The position numbers were made by a program, and so were the translations under genes. This document shows, piece after piece, positions 9,771-22,315 of a stretch of DNA of 64,000 nucleotides. The DNA is from Mytilus californianus. Lineage: Eukaryota. The notes beneath the pieces are model-generated. The model did not search any database. It had not been told where the DNA came from and saw nothing but the letters and a program-made list of their open reading frames with translations. The first letter of the stretch is position 1, and the number at the start of each line of letters is the position of its first letter. The stretch covers positions 51,770,001 through 51,834,000 of the forward strand of contig NW_026262723.1 in NCBI RefSeq assembly GCF_021869535.1, given 5' to 3'.

Positions 9771-10103
9771 CCCTGAACTAAGGACATTCTCAGGATTATC
9801 CAAGAATTATCCCAGGGCCAACTTAATGCAAGCAAATCTGTAAATCCTGACATCAGGATAATTTCCTGAGACCAGGACCTGATGAATCCTAAGCACAAGA
9901 TTATCACAAGATTCTTTACTATGATCATGATGATATTTATGGTCTGGATGGTCTCTGGATATCCCTGGAATATCCTTGTTCCAATACCGTCCCATGTTTA
10001 ACCCTATCTCAGGATAAGGATTATCTCAAGATTGCCCTGGGATTTTTCCCAAGATTATCCTGCTGGGGATATCTTGTGATATCCTGACCCATTTTCGCAA
10101 GGG
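9771..10103. mobile_element. Probable MITE remnant with CCCT...AGGG termini and many internal ATCC/GGAT palindromic motifs
   Basis: Starts CCCTGAAC and ends TTCGCAAGGG, with repeated ATCCTGA/GGATA motifs. No TSD seen. Confidence 0.4.
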
Positions 10104-10337
10104 TCAGTCACCATCACCAGGGGCATTAAAGTGATTTTCTTAATTAAAATGTCATTTAATATTTTAAATATTTTACATCAAGAATGCAAAAATAGCAAAA
10201 TATATTTTTAGAACTGCATTTTAAAAGTCAAATCCTGAATTCCTGCAAAAATAAAAGCTCGAGAAAGACCTTCTGCCCCTCATATTTGTATTCATGAATT
10301 CTAAATTTATTTCTACATTCAATATTCAAGAACATCT

Positions 10338-10861
10338 ATTTCGCATTCATGGTTATTCTAGAATATTCTAGGATATTTCACATTCATGGTTATTCTAAAA
10401 TATTCAAGGATATTTCACATTCATGGTTATTCTAAAATATTCAAGGATATTTCACATTCATGGTTATTCTAGAATATTCAAGGATATTTCACATTCATGG
10501 TTGTTCTAAAATATTAATGGAAAATTACTTCACATTCATGGTTATTCTAGAATATTCAACCATTCAATATTCATGGACATCTTATTTCACAGTAATGGTT
10601 ATCCTTTAAGTCAGTATTCCACTATCAATACTCATGGACATCCTTTTTCACATTCAAGAATATTCTGTAGATAAATATTCATGTTAATTCTTGGTTATTC
10701 AGTTCATACAATATTCATGTATATTCAAGGTGCCATTTAACATTCATGAATATTCATGAATATTCATGAATTGTAACCTTGAATATTCATGAATATTATT
10801 CATGAATGTTCTAGAATTATTCTGGAATATTCATGAATAATTCCAGTTCAGGAAAGCAGGG
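10338..10861. repeat. Minisatellite: ~37-bp units followed by (TATTCATGAA)n, ending in a ...GCAGGG terminus
   Basis: ATTTCACATTCATGGTTATTCTARAATATTCAAGGAT occurs about 5-6 times, then 10-bp near-palindromic units follow at ~10740-10840. Confidence 0.75.
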
Positions 10862-11080
10862 TTTAACGCCACTTTTGAGCACCGTTTTTGGGCTATTTCG
10901 TGGCGGCCAGTTTTTATTGGTGGAGGAAGCCGGAGTGCCCGGAGAAAACCACGACCTTCGATAGGAAAACTGACAATCCTAGTCAATTAAGATTGGAGTC
11001 GAGTGCACCTGCACGAGCGGGGTTCGAACTCACAACCTCAGTGTTGACTGGCTAGTGATTACAGTAGTAACTACTTAGAT
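10862..11080 (-). mobile_element. tRNA-derived SINE remnant
   Basis: The minus strand has the B-box GTGAGTTCGAACCCC and the GGTTTTCTCCGGGCACTCCGGCTTCCTCC central motif characteristic of V/Meta-type SINE domains. The A-box end is lost. Confidence 0.7.
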
Positions 11081-12613
11081 ATGGACTTGTGAGTAATTCA
11101 ATCCTTTTCAAAACTTCATAAAAATGCTGCTAATAAAATGTGTAATAATAAAGGCTAACTGTCCATTAAACATATGATAAAAAGGCAGTGTGATGTTGAA
11201 TTTTCTGGGACATATATATATCTACTTTTGCTAGGAGACATAAAAGGAGTGTATGTAATATCAGGCTTAAGAGGAGTAACTCCCACAAAACAAGCATCTG
11301 TTTCCACAGATAATTGAATTTATTCTATACTGAAATAAATCATATTATTACACAAAAGTTAGTTCAGGACATATAGATTCCAACACTGCATCAAGTGTGT
11401 TACAATATTTCTCCACTCAAGACAGTTAAATTTTAATATTTTTAAATAATTAATTTAATTTAACTGTTGAGAGTGAAGAAATATTGCACAAGTTATACAT
11501 GTAAGTGGTGGAATCTATTTCTCAAATGATTTTTAGACGATATCTAAACAAAGTATATCTTTCCTTTTCAAAGATTTGCAAAATGTTGTGTTCTTTATAT
11601 GTGACGTCATCATGCATGGTCGCCGTTTTTCATGACCTCACAATAGGAAATTCAGAAGAAACCAAGAAAATTTGATGTCATAATTAAATTTCGACCATTC
11701 ATTTGCTGAGAACAAAGTTTTCTCTAAAGATGAGAAATATTTTTCTCACACAGATCGAGAAATGTGAAAAAAGCATGAAAATTAAAGAAATCTGAATTAA
11801 GTATTATACCTGTGACAAAATATCACAATATGACAAGTTAAAGTTTAAAAGAAAGAATATATACCAGGTAATATGAACTGCATTTGATTTTACATACAAG
11901 TTTTTGATTTCAGTTTTCTTGAGGAAGGATTAAATGATATGGAAATTTCAAGTCAGTTTGGTTGTACAAAATTATCATAAGAAAACTTGAGTTTTCTCCC
12001 TTTAACTATAATAATTATAGACATTGTTATGGTAAAATGCATAGTTATCTGAACTAAATATTTCAAAATAAGGCCTAGTTTTCATTGAAATACAATATAG
12101 TTGAGTCGGTCCGAATTGAAAAACTATAATTTAATCTTGAAATGGGTTAGAGTTATCCTGGTTTAATCTGTGCATATATCTCCATTCCTCTATACTGAAT
12201 ATGAACTAAGACATAAAAAACTTTGAAAATTGAAAGTTTACAAATTCTTAATTGGCTATAACAACCGAAAATTGTTGAGTTAAAAAGCATGGTTATATTT
12301 ATACATCAGACCGTACTGTGCTGGTTACTGGAATTTTAGATACATCAAACCAGGCACTTCATATCTGAGAAACAGGCTATTTAGAATTCATTCATACATT
12401 TTTGTATTATTCAAAATTATCTGTAAATTGTGTGTTCTTACAAGGATCACCAGTCCTTCACCTTTCATCTGATACCTTAATTACTAAAATACATATATGC
12501 TACATAGTTTAAGATTTACACCTATGTGTAGAAACTATTTTGTTGTAAATATGTACTACTTTCCAGTACGTTCTTTTTTACCGTGCCCAATTAGGAGGTT
12601 TTACATCTTCCAG

Positions 12614-12686
12614 AGTCTATCCAAATCATTTTTGCAAAGAATTCCGCTCAAGCCGGTGCTAGGGGCCATCTTAAACTTGCAGTGAG
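12614..12686 (+). other. Candidate orphan exon in a small CpG-retaining patch
   Basis: CTTCCAG acceptor and AG|GTGAGA donor. One frame is open (SIQIIFAKNSAQAGARGHLKLAV). An alternative minus-strand AAGATGGCC start is also possible. Confidence 0.25.
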
Positions 12687-13104
12687 GTGAGAGTTTTTTT
12701 GCTCCGTGTTGAATGCCTCACTGTGACTTTGAGATGAAGAACAGCAATAAAAGCGGTGTTCCTTTGCTTTTTGTGTGTTTATTTTTTTGCTGTGCATGTA
12801 CTGATTTTGTGTCATGGATGGATACCCATAATGGCCATATCCTTTTTTTTTCTTTTTCTTTTTCTATTATTATATCTATAGTAAAATTATGCAATCAATT
12901 AATTATAATTGGTTCTAAATGAATATTTATCAAAGTTGAAGCTCAGTTAAATGGGCAACATTTGCTGTCAGAGTAAAATGTTTGTGAATATACATTCGAA
13001 AAATATTTGCCACAGTATGTTAAACAAAAAAAATTATCAATCTTGTAAGAATGACTGGGTATTTTCAACAATTATAACCAGGTTTTTGTAAGGATAGGTA
13101 TACA

Positions 13105-13800
13105 TTTTTAGCTCTGACACCTGGCCTTGATCTTTTCTCATCATTTGGCATCTGTCGTCATTGTCTGTTAAATTGACAAAAATCCTCTCCTCTTAAACTA
13201 CTTGGCAAAATGTAACCAAAATTGGCCACAATCATCATTCAGGTATCTAGTTTAAAACTTGTGTCTGATGACCGGCCCACTTGCTAACCAACTTGGTCGA
13301 CATGGCTAAAACTAGAACATAGGGGTAAAATGCAAGTTTTGTCTATTGTCTTGAAAACCGCTTTTCATTTAGAAATGAAAAATATGGTTAAGTTCTTCAT
13401 TTAAGGCAATAACTCCTATGAGAAGTTATCTATCAGTTTTGATGTGAATGGACAGTCCGTATATATATATATCTCAACTTTTTGAACATTTCTGTAACCT
13501 GTTAGATTTCATTTTTCTCATCACTTGTTGTCCGTCTTCATTGATCGTTACAAAAATCTTCTATGAAATAAGTGGGCCAAACATGTCCATAAAAAAATGA
13601 AAAAAAAACAACACATTATAAATTTCATGCGTCCGAAGCGCTTTTCTGGATTTACCTTCATCAGGAATCATCATTTGGTATCCAGTTTAAGAATTGTGTC
13701 CGATGACCCTGCTTGCCAACTAACTTGGTCGACATGGCATAAAATAGAACATAGGGGTAAAATACAAGTTTTGTCTATTAATTTGAAAACTGCTATAAAT
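13105..13800 (+). mobile_element. Two decayed Helentron-like non-autonomous element (HINE) 5' portions
   Basis: TTTTTAGCTC...CTCATCAYTTG...TGTCCG(T) leader and AAAATAGAACATAGGGGTAAAAT motif, shared with the elements at 23189 and 50813. Confidence 0.55.
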
Positions 13801-13898
13801 ATAGAAAATCTGACTGCATGGGACAGAAATGGTCAGATTGATGAAATCTACTTGTTCATTTACATTAGAACAGTCAGACAACTTCTTATAGCCCTTAA

Positions 13899-14506
13899 GG
13901 GCATACGATACAGTAGAGATCTCTCGTTGATTTTTATGCCCCACCTACGATAGTAGAGGGGCATCATGTTTATCGGGCTGTGCGTCCGTCCATCCGTTCG
14001 TGCATCTGTCCTGCTTCTGGTTAAAGTTTTTGGTCAAGGCAGTTTTTGATGAAGTTGAAGTCCAATCAACTTGAAACTTAGTACACTCATGTTCCCTATG
14101 ATATGATCTTTCTAATTTTAATGCCAAATTAGAGTTTTGACCCCAATTTCACGGTCCACTGAACATAGAAAATGATAGTGCGAGTGGGGCATCCGTGTAC
14201 TATGGACACATTCTTGTTTTTTTACATTTCAAGATAATACTTTTGACTCATTATTTTAATATAAAAATGAATAAATATAACAATTCTCATGATATGGCCA
14301 CTTTTCTTAGCAGGTACTTTTTTTTTAAATTCGCGCAACTGGATTTATGACGTCAGTGAATTTTCCGCAAATGTGACTACATCTAAAGCGATGTCGCAAA
14401 ATGATAACGTTTTGATTAGAAACATGGCAAAATTACAACGTCGCGAAAACAACACGAAAAGCTTTGAAAACATTGTTATCTGCCCCTGCTACTGTATTGT
14501 ATGCCC
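13899..14506. mobile_element. Non-autonomous TTAA-TSD DNA transposon (Kolobok-like), interrupted by a HINE
   Basis: TTAA|GGGCATACGATACAGTAG ... CTACTGTATTGTATGCCC|TTAA: an 18-bp TIR with 1 mismatch, and TTAA at 13895-13898 and 14507-14510. Confidence 0.85.
13931..14220 (+). mobile_element. Complete short Helentron-like element (HINE)
   Basis: T-rich start, sub-TIR TGCCCCAC/GTGGGGCA, 5' hairpin, (GTCC)n-like microsatellite and a 3' hairpin ending in TTGTTT. Confidence 0.75.
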
Positions 14507-15534
14507 TTAAATGATGAATTCTACCAATTTTATTCATTTTAGCCTATTGTCCTAAACTATAATAAAACTGTAAACAGAAAAAGATGTTGGGCAATACAAG
14601 ATCAACATAAAATAGTTTTTTTCTGTTCTAGTTTATGATGTTAGAGAGTGACCATTGTTTAGAAGCACGTAGGCCTAGGTGAGTGACAGTCTTTTTAGAG
14701 CTTCTAGTCAATGCTAGTTGTATTTAGTTAAATAAACCTTTCATTGAAAAACGTATCATACATATCTTAAAGACACATATGGATTGATTGGTTGTTAGGT
14801 GGCAGTTCAATAGCAAATATAACACTTATGTGCAGGTCGGTTACATGTTTTATACATCAAATCAAACCATTCCAATTATTGCTTTAAAAATGCAAAGCTA
14901 GGATTAATAGAAGATATACACAATTCAATATATATTATATTTGATACCATGCTTTGTAGAGACGGATGATCTGGGTGATTTTTAACATGCTGCTAACAGG
15001 GTAACTGTCCTCTATAACACAAATATATTTTTCTGTTGGGTAGATAGGGAAATCCTTAAGCGTCAGTAATTTATGTCTCCACGTGAGTAAAGGAAAACAT
15101 ATTATTGTAAATTGAATTTGTGTTGATGTTCTTCTTCTTAAATTATCAAATTTGATTGTAATACATCAGCAAGTATGATTGGTTGATTGTTGTTTAACGT
15201 CCAGTGGCATAGTATGCATTTTACTTTTGTTTCTGAGGCTGTAATGCATTATATAAGATGCTCTATGGACAAACATATGAATTGTTAATTTTGAAATGCA
15301 TATTATTGCTGTATATTACAGATAATTGATACATAATTATCACCCATGGAGAAATAATTACAGTCAGACTGCCATGCTGTAATGTCAACATATGATCATT
15401 TCTCACTGTATTGTAAACATTGGTCATTTTTGGTGAAGTGCTAAACCAGTGTACATGCATTAGAGATATATATACTTCAGGAAAAAGGTATGTACTATGA
15501 ATAAATGGTAAAAAAAGCAAAAAAGAAATGGAAA

Positions 15535-15960
15535 TTAGGGCACATCAAAGATGCAGACGCATCACTTTGTCCGTCGGTCTGTGAGCCACAAATTTTATAA
15601 ATGCAAAAACTCCAAAAGTATAGGTAGGAAGCCAATAACATTTTGCACAGTTGTTGTGCATAATATGTAGATGTGCATATCATGTTTTGGTGTAATTAGG
15701 CTCATTAATTTTGGGAAAAAAAAACATTGTTTTTTTTTTTAAATCAAAAGTTTTGAGAAAAACTTTATTTTTGTTTTAAAAAATCAAAAAGTTTTGAGAA
15801 ATGTCTTTTCTAAATTTATTTATGCAAAAACTCCAAAAGTATAGGTAGGAGGCCAATGAAATTTTGCACAGTTGTTGTGCATTAAACATACATAATAGGT
15901 AGATGTGCTCATTATATTTTGGTGAAATTTGGCTCATTCATTTTGGAAAAAAAAAAATTT
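15535..15960 (+). mobile_element. Decayed HINE-like element with two internal units
   Basis: TGTCCGTCGGTCTG leader and a duplicated ATGCAAAAACTCCAAAAGTATAGGTAGGA...TTTTGCACAGTTGTTGTGCA unit. Confidence 0.45.
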
Positions 15961-16019
15961 TGTTAAAAAAAAATGCATTCTGAGAATGATTTTTTCTTTG
16001 TAGGATTTAAATGAAAAAG

Positions 16020-16147
16020 GTATGGGTTATAGGTTTTGCTCATTGTTGAAGGCCTTATGTTGACCCATAGTTGTTAACTTCTATGTCATTTGGTCTCTGG
16101 TTGAGAGTTGTCTCATTGGCAATCATACCACATCTTTATATTTTTAT
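16020..16147 (+). mobile_element. Short PLE-type 3'-end derivative
   Basis: TTGCTCATTGTTGAAGGCC...GTTGTCTCATTGGCAATCATACCACATCTT terminus. Confidence 0.7.
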
Positions 16148-16881
16148 ATCATTTTTTATTACAAAAGGATTTTTTGTGTCAAAATTATTGGTTGCCCACT
16201 ATTTTTGAAAATACCCACCAAAAACATAGAGCTTGGATTTTAACAAAACAAATATTAATCAAGAAGACATCCAGTATTAATTGCTGGTGTCAAAATTTAT
16301 GAAACTTGACAACTATCAACATTTGCTTTGTATGCATCAGTCTCTTTGCCGCTCATAAAGATGTGCTATCGGGACCCTTGCTGACATGTCAGTTTTCTAG
16401 TTCCTTTTTAAAAACAAAAGGAGTATAAAAAGAACCAATTTTTACAAATATCATTCAGTTACCACATGGTTATTTTTCATTATCTCAAATTTCCATGGAT
16501 ATTTTTCTCCCCTCAGTCAAGGCCCATTGACTTTGAAACTTTTACACAGTTTACATGTTAAAGTTTGTGTTAAGGTCTGTTTGAAGGGAAACACTTATGA
16601 TAAGTCAATGGTATTTGGCATGTAGTTTTATTAGCATTTTCATTTCTCATTTCCATGGAGGTTATTTAGCCCCGCTACTGTGGTCATGGTTCATTGACTT
16701 AGAATATTTTGGATAGTTTACATGTTAAAGCAACACGATTTTAATTTCAACATTTGCATGAAACTATCAAAATTACATAAAGGCAAGGCCTATCTCTGTG
16801 TCAACAGTTTATTTTTATCCCATTATTTTTTTTACAATCATTGCAAGGTATACATGTCCCTTATCATCTGACTTTGATATA

Positions 16882-16978
16882 GATAAAAGAAGATGTGGTA
16901 TGATTGCCAATGAGACAACTCTCCACCAGAGACCATATGACGTAGAAGTAAACAACTATAGGTCACCAAACGACCTCA
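16882..16978 (-). mobile_element. Short PLE-type 3'-end derivative
   Basis: Reverse complement of the same terminus (AGATGTGGTATGATTGCCAATGAGACAAC). Confidence 0.7.
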
Positions 16979-17049
16979 TTTCATGGATCAATGATCAGCT
17001 TATGCTTTCATGGTTAAGTCCATTCATCAGACATCATTAGAAATAGGTC

Positions 17050-17412
17050 AATAGACCATTTTCATAATACCGACTTTTGACTCCGGAATTTATATTTTTT
17101 CGACAGGTTATCTATTCTGTGGTAGGACATCCTGGTACTCGGTCAAGTAAGAGCAAATTAAAGAAGTAAAATCAAGCATTCAATCGGTACAATTTTGCGG
17201 GAAAATTAACTGTTTTATGTTTTCTATACACGACAAAATCATCAGAAAACAGTAAACTTTCCCCTCAAATTGCACCGATTATATATTTGATTTTACTTTT
17301 TTTGGTAGCTCTTACTTGACTGAGTACCAGGATGTCCAACCGCAGAGTAGGAAACCTGTTGAAAAATTATATAATCCGGAGTTAAAAGTCGGTAATATGA
17401 AAATAGTCTATT
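17050..17412. mobile_element. MITE with ~100-bp TIRs (AATAGACC...GTCTATT)
   Basis: The arms AATAGACCATTTTCATAATACCGACTTTTGACTCCGGA...GGACATCCTGGTACTCGGTCAAGTAAGAGC recur as an inverted copy, with a second internal IR. Confidence 0.85.
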
Positions 17413-18040
17413 GTATTTTGTGTATGGAATGATTGTTAGGTGTTCATGGCAGGGTTCTTCTTACCATGATCCAATTTTCATAGTTGATAGGTCAACATTT
17501 AAGTTCATGATTGGTTCTATTTCTAAGATAATACAGGCAATAGGTCAACTTATTGGGTGTGTAGAATGATTGTAAGGTGTAAATGTCCTTCTGACAGGGT
17601 TAATCTGACCTTGACTCATTATCATGGTTGATTTGTGAAAGTTGAGTTTTTGTGATCAGTTCTGTTGTTAGATACTATAAGCAAAAAGTCAACATATACT
17701 GTGTATAGAATGATTGATTGTAAGCTGATGTAAACAACAGTCACTTGGACATCTTCCAGTTTGTGTCAAGAGTTGCAAAAAACAAAGGTCGTCAGATGAG
17801 CTGAGGGAGGAAAAAGTTTAGAAAATGAACATTTTGAAATTTTGATAGTTAATGATTCAATTTTTTGAAACACAAATAAAAGTCATAAAAATGCTTTGTT
17901 TGAAGTGTTTAAGATGGTTTAAAAATGTCTCTTTGAAAAGTTTTATTCACAGAACATGGTTCAAACATGGCCCCAGATAGCTTCAACTGGTTTGTTACAT
18001 CATGAAAAAGTTGTGTAATTTTGTAACTTATATGGATTTG

Positions 18041-18430
18041 AACTAGAGGCTCTCAAGAGCCTGTGTCGCTCACCTGTATCTATTATTGTTTTGGAAATCA
18101 TGTTAAATAAGGTTAAAATCATAATTAATAGTATTACATACCTTAATAATGATTGAGGCCAACTTTGGTTTAATTTGCCCAGTAGTTAAATTAAAAGCAG
18201 GTCATCCCATTGTAGTCTTACAATAGTTAATGAAGACCCCTTATCATTATTTAAATAAGTTTCAAGTTGTGACCATTTGAAATTATTTTTTTTACAATTT
18301 TCCTTTAGACTTCTATAGTAAACCCCTATGTTCTATTTTTAGCCATGGCGGCCATCTTGGTTGGATGACAGGGTCATCGGATACATTTTTCAATCAAGAT
18401 ACCCTATTAAAAATTGTGGCTAGGTTTAAT
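18041..18430 (-). mobile_element. HINE 3' portion on the minus strand
   Basis: AACTAGAGGCTCTCAAGAGCCTGTGTCGCTCACCTG is essentially the reverse complement of the 3' end of the 23189-25014 element. Confidence 0.75.
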
Positions 18431-19372
18431 TATTATGGTATACAAATGTCCGGCGTCTGTCCGTCCGTTGTCTGTCTGTCCGGCGTAAACATGTCGCACC
18501 GTAACTTGAGAATGACTTATCCAAATTTCATGAAACTTAACATAGTTGTTTCTTATGATGGTCAAATGATCTGTATACTTTTTGGTGAAAATAAGATTAA
18601 AACTTTTTGAGTTACGGGACTTAGTGTTTTTTTTCACATGTCGCGCCGTATCTCAAAAACAATTTATGATTATTGCTTAAAACTTTACACACTTCTTAGT
18701 TATATTAATCTTAAGATCTGTATACATTTTGGTGATGATTCAAAATTTTATTTTAGAGATATTGAGTATTTTGTTAAAAAAGGGAGAGGGGTTTTTCACA
18801 TGTCGCGCCGTATCTCAAAAACAGTTTATGATTATTGCTTAAAACTTTACACACTTCTTAGTTATATTAACCTTAAGATCTGTATACTTTTTGGTGATGA
18901 TTCAAAATTTTATTTTTGAGTTATTGAGTATTTTGTAAAAAAAGGGGGAGGGGTTTTTCACATGTCGCGCCGTATCTCAAAAACTATTTATGATTATTGC
19001 TTAAAATTTTACACACTTCTTAGTTATATTAATCTAAAGATCTGTATACTTTTTGGTTTTGATTCAAAATTTTATTTTTGAGATATTGATTTTTTTTTTT
19101 AAAAGGGGGGTTTTCACATGTCGCGCCGTATCTCAAAAACGATTTATGATTATTGCTTAAAATTTTACACACTTCTTAGTTATATTAATCTAAAGATCTA
19201 TATACTTTTTGGTTTTGATTCAAAATTTTATTTTAGAGATATTGAGTTTTTTTGTAAAAAAAAAGGGGTTTTTCGCATGTCACGCCGTATGTCAGAAACT
19301 ATTTATGCTTATTGCATAAAAATTCACACACAAGACGACGGGCGTATAATGCGCTCATGGCGCAGCTGTTTA
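18431..19372 (+). mobile_element. HINE carrying a ~160-bp tandem array (~4-5 units)
   Basis: (GTCY)n leader and units starting CACATGTCGCGCCGTATCTC at ~18636, 18797, 18959, 19115 and 19275. 3' sub-TIR GACGGGCGTATAA and a GCGC hairpin. Confidence 0.8.
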
Positions 19373-21252
19373 TTAGCACTTGCTGTCAATGAATAATTAA
19401 AGTTCAAAGATTCAAATATTGAACCGATTTCCAAGTATTTTTTTGACACTAAGCTGTAAATATTACAGTTTATTGGATCAATACAAAATTAAGAGGATTT
19501 TAGATTGAATTGCATATACTTTGATAGTTATCCAAACTATTCTTACTTTTCTTATATAATTTATGTAATAAACTGTTTTGTTACATGTTTTTATTTCATT
19601 TTGGGTTTTTTTTTCTGTTCAGGAGTTCATTGTTCTTTAATACATGTATTGAATTGAAAATATTTTTAACAAACAATGTTTCAGTCATAACCAAGAATAA
19701 TTTTGTGGAAAACTTTAATTTTTTTTCCTGATGAAGATAATGTTTAATTTATTGAAGAGGAAGCAAAATTAATGCCCTAAGGAATTTTATCTCCAAAACA
19801 CAGAGAAATTTAGTAACAACTGGATGTTTCTGGAATCCCTTGCTCAACTGTTGTGTTAGAGTGTATGTATAAGTGTTATTAGTTTTCATATGATACTGTC
19901 AGTTGTATATAATTAAGGCCAGTATTAATTGCACATTTGCAGAAATATCAGATTTGCATAGACTTCCCAAAATAATTCTTATCAAAAACAAAGTATTGTT
20001 ACTGGAAGATCCCATCCATCAATCTGGTGGTAGCCTAGCATTATCTAGGAAAATAGGAAAATACAGACCAAGGTACTGGTACTTATCTCAGACAAAAAGC
20101 AAACTGAAAGTCTCTTCAACCAGAAACAATTGATAATGATTCATTTGTCAGGAAGATTATGTAAATATTCATTGCTTTTAGAAAAAAATCTGAACATAAT
20201 TCCCAGTTGAGGTTTGCCTGTTAAGAGCAGTGATGCCAATTAGACATAATTATTTTGTGGAATGCTATCAGGTTCAAGCTATTAAGAATGTTGTAATATA
20301 GTATTAAAGGTCTCTCACCTTCCTTTAAAAAAACTTTATACATTTTAATTCTAGAACTGAAGGAGTTCACATGCCAGACACTTTTATCAGCAATTTTACC
20401 GAAGACTTATTCCTTGAATTTTAAGTTTAACAATATACCATTTCCTTTAAGCTTGTATACGGAATTTGTCAATGCCATGTAATCATTAGTATCCTGCAAA
20501 CTTACATGATGTAGGTGTGCAAGTACACTGTTTTAACCCCTTGTCACGATTGCTACATCTTGATTATGAAAATAGCCCCAAAATATGATTGTGTGAAAAT
20601 CTACCGGTACATGAAGAATGTGTTGTTTCACAATTTTGAATTTTCCCCAGGAGACATTCCATGAAGTTAATTAGCCAATAAAAATCATTTTTTCATGTAG
20701 TCATGCTTTCATCTCCTGATTAATAGTGGATTTGTGAATTTTTAAACTGATATATTCCATATAATATCAGACCCTATATTGATAGTTTTCTATTAGAACT
20801 ATATAGACATGCTGACATGCTCTCCAAAACACCTTATAAATGGAAGGAAATCTACAAATATTTAAATCTTCAATCAGAAATAGATAATTCTGGGAAATAA
20901 CTTGTTATGAATGTATTCAGATTACTGAATTTTTCCTCGCTGAAAGAATAGTGGATTGGGCTGTGCAATCAACCTGATTAATGAATTAAGACTTACTAGT
21001 GTGACCATACAATCAGTTCAAATCTCAATTAAAACCATCATGTTCTAGGATACCAGTATATATTTTGGAGTTTGTGAGACTCAGTCAAAATGGTAGTCTC
21101 CAAAGCATGTGTATTCACTCACTATAAGTTTGAATAAAAGATTCATTGTATCATGTTCTTAATCTAGCTGTGTAAAAAATAAAAAAAATTGTTCAACAGT
21201 TGATATGTTATTGATTGGAACTTATCATATTTAAACATTATAATTTGCTGCA

Positions 21253-22315
21253 TTTTTATATTACCGCAAAAATTTGTTGGTCGTATATTGGTATCACGTC
21301 GTCGTCCGAAGACATTTGGTTTCCAGACAATAACTTTAGTATATGTAAATAGAAATCTATGAAATTTAAACACAAGGTTTATAACCACAAAAGGAAGGTT
21401 GGGATTGATTTTGGGGGTTATGGTTCTAACAGTTTAGGAATTAGGGGTCAAAAAGGGGCCCAAATAACCTTTTTTCGAGTTTCCAGACAATAACTTGTGG
21501 AAAGGTGTATGGATCTCTCTGAAATTAGACCACAAGTTTCCATACCACAAAGGGATGGTTAGGATTGGCTTTGGGGGGTTATGGCTCAAATCTTTAAGGA
21601 ATAAGGGGCAAAAAAGGGGGTAAAACAAGGGTTTCCTGGTTAACGGACTATTACTTAAAAGTACAATGTTATGTTTGGATTACCTCCCTTACACTGCTTT
21701 TAAATTATGTATAAAGAAATGTTGTATTGTCTTGAGGTGATTAACTGTCAATTTATTTTTAGAAGTTACTATTAGAAATGCTGATTAAGGAATGTTAATT
21801 TGAGTCATGATTATGTATGTCATTTTCTATTTTAAGACTTTTATGATGTATTTAAATGGGTAATTATGGTTGGAAACTCCATTGGAAATTTGAATTGAGA
21901 CCATGACCATATCTTGAGGGAAAGATTTTTTTTTTGAAAAAGTGGGGGTGGGGAGGTGAAAAAAAAATTGGGGGGGGGGGGGGGGGGGGACAATTTTTTT
22001 CTCATTTCAGATTTCAGAAATTAAAAAGATAATTTCTTCAAATTTTATATTTTTTTTTTTTTTGCAAAAAAACGGGGGGGGGGGGGGGGTGTTCATTCGC
22101 AACAGCATAGTGAATAAAAGCAAAAAATTGAATATAAATTCAAATCATATAACCAATTCTAAGTTCTTTGACTACAGTTATTCTGTGTCAGAAACCTATT
22201 ATGTGTCAAATATTTAATTACAATCCCAATTCAGATCTGTATCAAGCGCGAATATTGTGTCCATTTTTGCCCCAACTGTTCAGGGTTGGACTTCTGCGCT
22301 CGGGGAAGCAATTTA
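21253..22315 (+). mobile_element. HINE with two ~150-bp internal units and poly-G tracts
   Basis: CGTCGTCGTCCG leader, a duplicated TTTCCAGACAATAACTT...GGGATTG..TTTGGGGGTTATGG unit and a 3' hairpin-like end. Confidence 0.6.

Noticed and set aside
18638-19396. Duplicated MSRRISKT... ORFs
   Set aside because: They are translations of the ~160-bp HINE array.
19903-20133. ORF/exon LLEDPIHQSGGSLALSRKIGKYRPR with AAG|GTACTG
   Set aside because: No convincing acceptor, no recognisable homology and no phase-linked neighbours.
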